A stretch of 64,000 nucleotides of DNA from an uncultured Chloroflexia bacterium (GTDB lineage Bacteria > Chloroflexota > Anaerolineae > Anaerolineales > E44-bin32): assembly GCA_963807065.1 (NCBI GenBank), contig CAWDZQ010000003.1, positions 1,056,427 to 1,120,426 on the forward strand, given 5' to 3'. Below are positions 48,957-56,645 of the stretch, one piece after another. A model generated the notes under the pieces. The model was not told the origin of the DNA, made no database searches, and worked only from the letters and a program-made list of their open reading frames with translations. The first letter of the stretch is position 1. Each line of letters opens with the position of its first letter. A program made the translations under genes and the position numbers.

Positions 48957-49622
48957 ATGTCATCTGCGGCTAGGATGAACAGGATCCCAGCCCCTACATG
49001 CCAAAAGAGTGTCGTGTCCAAGCACAAACGACGGTCGAAGACCAGCCTGAAAGCCAGACTTCGTCGCCCCGCCTATTTCATCCCGGGGGCTGTATTGCTC
49101 CTTGCCTTGGCGCTCAGCCTGTCAAGCATGGTCTATGCCGCCCATCTTGAGGGGTCGGACAGCTTCTGCGCATCCTGTCATACGCAGCCCGAATCGCAGT
49201 ACTTTGAAAGGACGCAGCAGCAGACTTCGGTGGATCTGGCCAGCTTCCATCAGACGAAGGACATCCGCTGCATCGATTGCCATTCGGGCTCGGGTGTGAC
49301 CGGTCGCGTTGGAGCGTTTATGGTGGGCGGCAAGGATCTGGTGGCCTTCCTCACCCACACCGACCATCAGCCCGCTCCGCTCACCGTCCCGATCGGCGAC
49401 GGCAATTGCCTCAAGTGCCACAGTGACGTGACCCAGACCCGCAGCTTCAATCGGCACTTCCATGCTTTCCTTCCGCAATGGCAGGCCCAAGACCCCAATG
49501 CTGCCTCATGCGTCGACTGTCACACGTCGCACACGACCGGCGGGGATTCCTCCCTGCAGTTCCTTCAAGAGGGGCCCACAGGGCAGGTTTGCCAGGATTG
49601 TCACGGCTCGTTCCACAGGTAA
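48957..49622 (+). CDS. membrane-anchored multihaem c-type cytochrome (NapC/NirT-like, five CxxCH)
   Basis: 221-aa ORF with one N-terminal TM helix (AYFIPGAVLLLALALSLSSMVYA) and haem-binding motifs CASCH, CIDCH, CLKCH, CVDCH and CQDCH. The start could be ATG 48975. Confidence 0.85.
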   Translation: MSSAARMNRIPAPTCQKSVVSKHKRRSKTSLKARLRRPAYFIPGAVLLLALALSLSSMVYAAHLEGSDSFCASCHTQPESQYFERTQQQTSVDLASFHQTKDIRCIDCHSGSGVTGRVGAFMVGGKDLVAFLTHTDHQPAPLTVPIGDGNCLKCHSDVTQTRSFNRHFHAFLPQWQAQDPNAASCVDCHTSHTTGGDSSLQFLQEGPTGQVCQDCHGSFHR

Positions 49623-49898
49623 CCCAGACGGGCGTCTCTGCCCCCTCAGGTGACCATCAACGGTTTGCCCTCCTGCATCAACCAACAAAGAGCGGCATGA
49701 GCTCTGCCGCTTGCCATTTACAGAATTCCGACCCTTTTGCAGCTGACAGACGCCTGCGCCATCTGCTCCCTGCTGGGGCCAACCGGAATGGCCGCAGGCG
49801 TGTACCTTGGTCATGGCTGGAGGGATTGAAGCCGGTTTGGCGGGAATCGGGTGGAAAGCCGGTTGATTCCGATCCTGTGCCGGCGCAGAGATGGAGGT

Positions 49899-51365
49899 CT
49901 AGGGACCTTGGATGATCAAGGGCAGGTAGAAGGTATGAGGGGGCACAGTACTCACGAGCGTTAGAGCCGAATCCACCTGGACCCGAGGTTTGCTGACGCC
50001 CGGGTTGCCATTTCGTTCATCGGTAATGATCACCCCGGAAGACGTCAGCGCCGAAAGCACGTCGCTGACGCTTGCATCGGGTGCCTTCGATTTAACCAGC
50101 GCCCAGACCCCGGCGACATGCGGTGCCGCCATGGACGTACCGTTCCAGGTCTGGAATCCTCCCCCCGGAACCGACGATGTGATTGTCGAACCTGGCGCAA
50201 ACAGCGACATCAAGGCTGAGACGTTGGAATAGGAGGCGACCCTGTCTGCCCCTCCGGATGTGTCCGAATCGGTGGATGCTCCCACGCTGATGGCGGTCGA
50301 GATGCACGCCGGCAAGGCGAGGGCATTGGTGAAGGCGCTGTTCCCGGCGGCGATCACCGTGGCGATTCCGGCACTGCGCAAGTTGTCGATCGCCAGTTTG
50401 CGCGGATCGTCATCACAGGCACTTGTGTAACCCCCGCTGCCCAAACTCATGTTGGCGGCGGCGATGTTGTAGCTGCTGCGCAGGCTGTACACCCAATCCA
50501 AGCCGCTTATCTGATCGGACGGGTAGCTGAGAGCACAGGGGGCGAGCAATCCATATCCACTGCAAGTGGCCTCGTCAAATTGGGAGAAGATCTGGACGGC
50601 AATCAAATCGGCGTCCCTGGCTACGCCCGAGAAGGTCGTCCCCTTTCCGGCAGCGATGCCGGCCACGTGAGTGCCATGGTCACAACCTTCCGTAGTGATC
50701 GGGCAGTTGACCCCAGCACCAGGGCCAATTTGTTCGGGCAGGCCATTCGGGCAGACTGTATAGTCGGTTGAACCCCCGCCCGAGAAACATGCCTCGGCAA
50801 CAACTTTCCCGCTCAAGAAGGAATGAGAACTATCGACACCGGTGTCAAGAATGGCGACGGCCCAACCTGTTCCCGTGTAGCCGGCGGCCCATGCGCTGTC
50901 GGCGCCGATCAGGGGAACGCTCGACGCCAGAGTTGGCGGTTCAAGCTCATCAGGCTGAACGCTCTCGACCTCCGGGCTGTCCTGGAGATCCTGGAGCTGT
51001 TCGGGTGTGACCTGCATCGCCATGAGCGGCAGGTTGGCGTATTTCCTGGCTGTGAGCTGCCCACGTTGCGCCAGACGGTCGATCACCGCCCGTTGTGCAT
51101 GGGCGATTCGCTCACGCTGCTCCGCCGCTACCGCAGGATCGCCAGCAGCACTCGAAGAGAATCCGACTCGCAGACGGACGATGACCCTGACCTGGCCGTC
51201 CAGCCTGGCCCGATCGACCAGGGCGTCCATCGGCGTCCCATCCCGCCCGAACGCTGTGCCCTGCCGTGCTGACGCCGCCGTCGCGCTCATTCCGGTGAGC
51301 GCGACCAAGATTGTGGCCAAGAGGATCGTCAGCCCTACTCTTCGCAGCGTATACGAAACTTTCAC
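49899..51365 (-). CDS. secreted subtilisin-family (S8) serine peptidase with N-terminal propeptide
   Basis: 488-aa ORF with a signal peptide and the catalytic triad contexts AILDTGVD, CDHGTHVAGIAAG and NGTSMAAPHVAG. Confidence 0.92.
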   Translation of the reverse strand: MKVSYTLRRVGLTILLATILVALTGMSATAASARQGTAFGRDGTPMDALVDRARLDGQVRVIVRLRVGFSSSAAGDPAVAAEQRERIAHAQRAVIDRLAQRGQLTARKYANLPLMAMQVTPEQLQDLQDSPEVESVQPDELEPPTLASSVPLIGADSAWAAGYTGTGWAVAILDTGVDSSHSFLSGKVVAEACFSGGGSTDYTVCPNGLPEQIGPGAGVNCPITTEGCDHGTHVAGIAAGKGTTFSGVARDADLIAVQIFSQFDEATCSGYGLLAPCALSYPSDQISGLDWVYSLRSSYNIAAANMSLGSGGYTSACDDDPRKLAIDNLRSAGIATVIAAGNSAFTNALALPACISTAISVGASTDSDTSGGADRVASYSNVSALMSLFAPGSTITSSVPGGGFQTWNGTSMAAPHVAGVWALVKSKAPDASVSDVLSALTSSGVIITDERNGNPGVSKPRVQVDSALTLVSTVPPHTFYLPLIIQGP

Positions 51366-51743
51366 AGGTGCCTCTCACCCCGCCGTGCCGGTAAGTCTCG
51401 CCCAGCCTGGCGCAAGTCGGGGCCGGTGCCCCAGAAACGCAAAACAGGGCCGGATTCCCTCCGGCGCATCCTCAGGCTGTCCACTCCACTCCACCAGAAG
51501 CGCGCAGGCGGTCTCGCGGCCCTACCCGGTCCAAGTGCAATTTGCGTGCCTGGCATGGAGTAAACCGTGCGCCGTGCGCGTTCGCCGATTATAAGTCAAA
51601 GTTGCGGGTGCATTCGCAGCGAGGATTTGATGGGACGCGGACTGTATCCACCGCCTGGCGGGACAACCTGGGTTGGCGGTCGCGTATCATCGAAAGCCAC
51701 CGGGCTTGACATTCAGGTTGAAAGGTCCGAAGCGCCGGGCCGA

Positions 51744-53786
51744 TCAGAGCCAGCCGAGAATATGGAGGTGGCGATAGAACTCTGCGCCTGCTACAAGCGC
51801 CAGGCGGCCCTCCGACTCGTCCGCCAGGGACTTGCAGGCATTGGTGAAATCAGCCGTCGTGACGAGGTAACCCCCGAGGCAGTCCCCTCGCTCATCGACC
51901 ATCTCCAACAGTGCCCGGCCTTCGGCAACGCCGATGTTCTTCTCGCCGCGGACCAGACGTCCCAAAGCCTTCTCTTCTCCCCTCGGACCTAGGCGCCAAG
52001 CGAGCACATCCTGCTGGAAGCCCTCGCCCTCTTCAGCGGGGGTCTCCAACCGCTGAGCGTGCGGGAATCCCAGCCCATGCATCAGCTGCTCGAGGGCCCG
52101 CAGCAGCTCTTCTTCTGAAAGAGCCTCCAGCTCCAGCCGCAGACTGGACGTGCCGGGAAGCAGGCCAGTGGTTGGGGCATGATCAGCCGGTTTGGCTCTC
52201 TGCCTCTCTTCGCCGAGGGAAAAGACCGACCCCAGCCAATCACGCATGGATAGTCGTTCTTCTAACTCGGCCGGCTGCGTGCCATCAGGCAGGTCGCGCG
52301 GCAGCAGATGGCGCTCATCCAGCAGTTGGTGGAGACTTTGATCGTGAGTGTCCGCCACCCAGAATTCGTAAATATTGAGCGGGGTCTCTGGCCGCAGCTC
52401 GGGGTAGAAACGAATTTCGGCCCGGCTTCGGCGGGCGGAATTCCAACTGACATCGAAATGCAAGAGGTGCGAGGCAGGCATTGGCTGGCCGTCACCACGG
52501 GCCTCCAGGTCGGCAAGGAGCAGATGGCGCCGGTCGTCTCTCCGAAAGGAGCTCAAGATCTGATCCCGCTCGAGCTCGGTGGCTGAGGACGGCAGGCGCA
52601 GAGCACCGTAGGCCTCCAATGGAGGCACCAGTTGATCCAGGGCGCGCTCGCCGTACTGGCTGAAGACGATCAGCTTATCCCCACCGGCGGCGACGCTCTC
52701 CAGCAGGTCAAGCAAGGCACGCATCTTAACACCGTCAAAACTTCCGGGGGCAAAGGCTGTGGCTTGATTGAGCCTGGCCAAGGCCGTTTCAACATGGGTG
52801 CGGGTCACCGCGCTACCCAATTTCGTCAACCGATGGCGCTCCTCCGCCAGGGCCTCACCGTAGGCCCCTCGCTGCTTTTCATCCAGGTCCAACCAGATCT
52901 CGGAACGCTTCTTGGCGCCCAACTCGGAGCGCATCTCAGCTTTGGTCCGTCTCAGGTAGTAAGGAGCGAAGCGCTCTCGCAGGTTGATCAGGGCATCCTG
53001 CGGCCCAGGCAGGGGTTCCTGGGGGAGCAGAAAATGGAACAAGACGCGCCAGTCGTCGTTGTCAGGCGGCAGGCCGCCGGCCAGGGCCCATCGACGCCGA
53101 ATGGGGAGGGCGGCCAGCGAGCTGAAGGGCTTGGGGAAGAGATGAATGGCGGCCAGCGCCGAGTTGACCAGCAGCACGTCAATGGCCTGCTCTTTGGGAT
53201 CCAGGCTGCCTCGATTGAAATCCTCGGCGAAAACCTGGAGGGTGGTCAAAATCACATTGGCGCCCGACCTCCACGCCCGACGCCGCGCCAGGGCTTCTCC
53301 CTTCGCCAACAGCACGTCCACCGCCGGACACCACTCCTCCAAAAGGCCGGCCCACATTCGGATCTGCGAATTGGGACTCAGGATGACGATCCGACGAGCC
53401 AACCCCTGCTGAAGCAGGGCGCCCAGCGCCAGACAAGCACTCAGCCGCTTGCCGGTACCCTCGTCATCGGCAACCAGCAGCGACGGTTCAGCCAGAAGGG
53501 CTTGAGCGGCCTGGCGGACATGATCCGGGATGGGCTCTGGCAACGGAGGGTTTTCCAGTGTCAGCGCCGGCGGTGCCAAACGAGGGATAACGGTCGCCAG
53601 AACATCTGTCCCGTCTGGGTCGTCCATGGGGATCGGCAGCGGCGCCGGCCCGGAGAGGCGGCCCTCCATGTAACCGGGAAGCCGCTCGCCGATGGGGCCG
53701 GCAATGGGCCAGACCTTCCACTCCGGGGCTTCGATGCCTGGAGCGTCCAGCCGGGCGGCACGCGTGACCTGCCCCGGTTCGGCCAT
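51744..53786 (-). CDS. SNF2-like helicase-fold protein with degenerate ATPase motifs, fused to a C-terminal Mrr/restriction-endonuclease-like domain (may extend to GTG 53994 if a 1-nt insertion in the G-run 53845-53850 is removed)
   Basis: 680-aa ORF with SNF2-type motif order. Motif I-like LLVADDEGTGKRLSA. Motif II position IDVLLVNSALAAIH (no DExx). Motif III-like RRRWALAGGLPPDNDDWRVLFHFLLP. Motif IV KLIVFSQY. Motif V/VI region HLLHFDVSWNSARRSRAEIRF. The C-terminus LEQLMHGLGF...QQDVLAWR...LVRGEKNIGVAEGRALLEMV...GYLVTTADFTNACKSLA...LALVAGAEFYRHL resembles Mrr_cat. Confidence 0.75.
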   Translation of the reverse strand: MAEPGQVTRAARLDAPGIEAPEWKVWPIAGPIGERLPGYMEGRLSGPAPLPIPMDDPDGTDVLATVIPRLAPPALTLENPPLPEPIPDHVRQAAQALLAEPSLLVADDEGTGKRLSACLALGALLQQGLARRIVILSPNSQIRMWAGLLEEWCPAVDVLLAKGEALARRRAWRSGANVILTTLQVFAEDFNRGSLDPKEQAIDVLLVNSALAAIHLFPKPFSSLAALPIRRRWALAGGLPPDNDDWRVLFHFLLPQEPLPGPQDALINLRERFAPYYLRRTKAEMRSELGAKKRSEIWLDLDEKQRGAYGEALAEERHRLTKLGSAVTRTHVETALARLNQATAFAPGSFDGVKMRALLDLLESVAAGGDKLIVFSQYGERALDQLVPPLEAYGALRLPSSATELERDQILSSFRRDDRRHLLLADLEARGDGQPMPASHLLHFDVSWNSARRSRAEIRFYPELRPETPLNIYEFWVADTHDQSLHQLLDERHLLPRDLPDGTQPAELEERLSMRDWLGSVFSLGEERQRAKPADHAPTTGLLPGTSSLRLELEALSEEELLRALEQLMHGLGFPHAQRLETPAEEGEGFQQDVLAWRLGPRGEEKALGRLVRGEKNIGVAEGRALLEMVDERGDCLGGYLVTTADFTNACKSLADESEGRLALVAGAEFYRHLHILGWL

Positions 53787-53995
53787 CCGGGCCCCGTTGA
53801 CCCGCAGGATGCTCGGCCTGTGCAGACCGGCGGGCAGCTCCTGAGGGGGGCTTTCGACTATGAGATGGAGTATCTTCTGCAGCGGGAAGGGTGAAGCGGG
53901 CGCGTTCGAGGAGGACCAGATCCCGGGCGCCTGCCAGCCGGGGACGCCTCAATGGCGAGACTGTCCGGCCGGTGGAGAGACGGATGGGCGACACG

Positions 53996-54508
53996 CTACT
54001 CCTTCGATGCTGCGCCGACGTTTAAGGTGTGGGCTTCTTCAAGCGCGCTCTTAATTCGGAGGAACGGCTCCAGGATGCTTCTGCCTCGCAGCCGCTTGGG
54101 CAAGGAATCGCGCACCTGCTCGGCCTCCTGATCGAAGCCGGGGAAAGCTTGCAGGACAAACTGACCGTCGACCGTCCCCCGCACCCACAGGATGGGAAAC
54201 TCGACCATAGGGCGGACTTTGAGGAACTCGGCGTCCCGCACAAGCACGAAATCCGGTTTGGACTCAAGGGTCTGAAGAATAGGAAGCCCCAACAAATCGT
54301 TGCAAACGTATTCGTGGAGGGTGTCGCCGTAGAGGACCTTCTGCAGGCTGGTGGGCCGGACGGCACCGCTGACTCGAAACTCCAAGGGCCGGGTCAATCC
54401 ATCCGTGACCAGACAGCCGCCACGAAGGGCCTCACCTTCTTCGAAGGTCGCCATATCCAGAAAAGCGACGACCTTTTCCGCTCCGTCCTGTTCCTTCGAG
54501 TCCGCCAT
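53996..54508 (-). CDS. hypothetical protein (170 aa), family not recognised
   Basis: ATG with GGAGG 9 nt upstream. Sequence: MADSKEQDGAEKVVAFLDMATFEEGEALRGGCLVTDGLTRPLEFRVSGAVRPTSLQKVLYGDTLHEYVCNDLLGLPILQTLESKPDFVLVRD... No signal peptide or TM segment is evident. Confidence 0.6.
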   Translation of the reverse strand: MADSKEQDGAEKVVAFLDMATFEEGEALRGGCLVTDGLTRPLEFRVSGAVRPTSLQKVLYGDTLHEYVCNDLLGLPILQTLESKPDFVLVRDAEFLKVRPMVEFPILWVRGTVDGQFVLQAFPGFDQEAEQVRDSLPKRLRGRSILEPFLRIKSALEEAHTLNVGAASKE

Positions 54509-54680
54509 CCCTATCGCCTCCGGCAGCCGATATTCGCCGCAAATGAGTACGAATCACGAACTCAATGTAGCCCAAACTTCCCCTACCTGCAACCGGGCAG
54601 ATGGGCCTATTGATGGACCGCAGCGCGCACGATGTCTATGCGCAAAGCACAGGGGCGAGGCTCAGGATGGAGTCAGGCCT

Positions 54681-55889
54681 CTAGTCAGCCGGAGACAGAG
54701 ATGCGGGCTCGGACAGCGGGTGGCGAGCGCCCAACAGGCGACGATAGATCCTGACGTAACGCTGGATCGTGCTCTCGACCTGGTGGGGCGCCACGCGCTC
54801 AAGACTGGCTTTGCCCATCTCCGGCCAACGACCCCGTTCATCCACCAGCCGCTCCATATGTCTTGCGCAATCGGCCGGATCTCCTGGCTCGAAGAGGTAG
54901 CCGTTGACCCCGGGATCGACCAACTCCGGCAGAGCTTGAGCGTTTGCCGCCAGCACCGGTTTTCCCGAGGCCATCGCCTCGAGGGTAGCTATGCTTTGGA
55001 GCTCGGCTTCGCTGGGCATCATGAAGACATCGGAGGCGCAAAGCAAGCCCGGCAGGGCTTCATTGGGCACGTAGCCCGTAAAGACCACCCGATCTTCCAA
55101 ACCGAGAGAAGCCGCCAGTTGGCGCAGGCTGGACTCCAATCGTCCCCTGCCTACCACCACCAGATGGATCGTCGGGCGTGTTTCGGTCAGCGCCCGCATG
55201 GCGACTTCAATGTGCTTCTCTTCATCTAATCGGCCCACAAACAAGAAAACCTCTGCTTGCGTGGCTATGCCGTACTTCCGGCGGACGGCGTCCCTGTCGC
55301 TGTGGGAGTTCGGCTCGAAGCGCTCACGGGATACCCCGCACGAGATCGCATGCAGCGGGACGTCAAGTGCCTGTTCCTTCAGAATGGCCACCGCAGTCCG
55401 GCTGGGTGCCGTGACAGCGTCCAACTTGCCGTACAGGCTCAGCATCGTCCACCACAGGAATCGGGTGAGTGCGCTTCGTCCGGACTTGAACGGGAGAACA
55501 AAGCCGATCACGTTGGCCGGCATGAAGTGATTGGTACCCACCACGGGGAGACCCCGGCGGCGGGCGAGCCGCACCACGGTTCGGGACAGGGGATAGTGAT
55601 CCTGGATATGCACGACATCCGGTTGAAAGTTGTTCATTATCGCCCCTACCCGTGGGCCCGGCACCACAGCGTAGAGGGCTTCTCGTATCCGAGGATCCAC
55701 AGGGATGGCGGTGAGATATTCTATTCGGACGCCGTTTCGATCTTCCTCGCAAGCCCGCAGCTCGTTGGACGGTGTGAGCATCACGACGTTGTGTCCGGCG
55801 GACGCCAAACCCTCAGCCAGTTGGGTGGTGAATACTGCCTGACCGTTTGCGTGCGGCTTGTAGGTTTGACCTGCAATCAGAATGCGCAA
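54681..55889 (-). CDS. glycosyltransferase family 4 (GT-B, group 1)
   Basis: 402-aa ORF: MRILIAGQTYKPHANGQAVFT..., C-terminal FMMPSEAELQSIATLEAMASGKPVLA (E-x7-E region). Confidence 0.9.
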   Translation of the reverse strand: MRILIAGQTYKPHANGQAVFTTQLAEGLASAGHNVVMLTPSNELRACEEDRNGVRIEYLTAIPVDPRIREALYAVVPGPRVGAIMNNFQPDVVHIQDHYPLSRTVVRLARRRGLPVVGTNHFMPANVIGFVLPFKSGRSALTRFLWWTMLSLYGKLDAVTAPSRTAVAILKEQALDVPLHAISCGVSRERFEPNSHSDRDAVRRKYGIATQAEVFLFVGRLDEEKHIEVAMRALTETRPTIHLVVVGRGRLESSLRQLAASLGLEDRVVFTGYVPNEALPGLLCASDVFMMPSEAELQSIATLEAMASGKPVLAANAQALPELVDPGVNGYLFEPGDPADCARHMERLVDERGRWPEMGKASLERVAPHQVESTIQRYVRIYRRLLGARHPLSEPASLSPAD

Positions 55890-55895
55890 AGCGTC

Positions 55896-56585
55896 TCACT
55901 CCTCGTGCTTGGTGCGGTGATCCGATGCCAGGTGATCCGGATCCCCGTTCTCCCTTTCATCCGCTTCAATCAGCTCACCCCATTTTTCTATAAAGCGGAG
56001 ACCGTAACGACCGATCATGAACAAGAAGAGCACAAAGGCTGCGATTGCGACTACTTTCAGCCAGGCTTCCATCCTGCTGATCGACAAAGTAAAATGATAC
56101 CCGATTAGAACCAGACTCCCCGTCCAGATCATCTCCGCCCCGAATACCGTGGTGAACCACTTGCGCCAGGGCACGCGTGCCATACCCGCAGCGATGAGTG
56201 CAGGGACGGCCAGGCTGGCGGTGAGCTTGGCGGCCAACAAGATCTTGCGGGCGTGCAGATTGAGGTCTCGCTTCAGATGGTCGATGTGCGAGTTCCTGAG
56301 CTTGATCCATCGCCCGTGGCGCACGAGCCAGTCCGTTCTTCCGGCGAAGCCGAGCGTGTACCACACGATGTCGGCGCTCAGATTTCCTGCGCTGGCTGAG
56401 GCGAACACCAGCCAGGGGTTCATCAGCCCGGTTGACGAGGCGGCAGCGCCCAGCAGGGTGGCGATTGGGCCCTCGATGAACACCAGGATGGCCAGCAAAA
56501 AATAGGAGGACGGCCCCCAAGGGACACCGCTTCCGGTCTGAATGGCCAACCAGAATTGATTGATCGAGTCCAAAATACCGCTCAT
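55896..56585 (-). CDS. DedA-family membrane protein
   Basis: 229-aa polytopic ORF: LLAILVFIEGPIATLLGAAASSTG..., GRTDWLVRHGRWIK..., consistent with the DedA/SNARE-associated family. Confidence 0.8.
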   Translation of the reverse strand: MSGILDSINQFWLAIQTGSGVPWGPSSYFLLAILVFIEGPIATLLGAAASSTGLMNPWLVFASASAGNLSADIVWYTLGFAGRTDWLVRHGRWIKLRNSHIDHLKRDLNLHARKILLAAKLTASLAVPALIAAGMARVPWRKWFTTVFGAEMIWTGSLVLIGYHFTLSISRMEAWLKVVAIAAFVLFLFMIGRYGLRFIEKWGELIEADERENGDPDHLASDHRTKHEE

Positions 56586-56645
56586 CCAAGAACCGTCTCC
56601 ACATCTGCTGTGCTGTTGAACGCCCCCGGCTTTTGGGCGCCGAGA

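Noticed and set aside
49620-49898. Repeated AAGCCGGTT words (about 49829 and 49856) and a small hairpin AGCGGCA-7 nt-TGCCGCT in the convergent gap between the cytochrome and the S8 protease.
   Set aside because: They are short, imperfect and consistent with chance or weak terminators. There is no evidence of a mobile-element boundary or a structured RNA.
51744-53786. Assigning the SNF2/Mrr protein to Zorya (ZorD-like), DISARM (DrmD) or BREX.
   Set aside because: None of the obligatory partners are present within the flanking genes (ZorAB-type stator proteins, DrmA/B/C plus a methylase, PglX/PglZ/BrxC). The neighbours are a protease and a glycosyltransferase/DedA/murE cluster.
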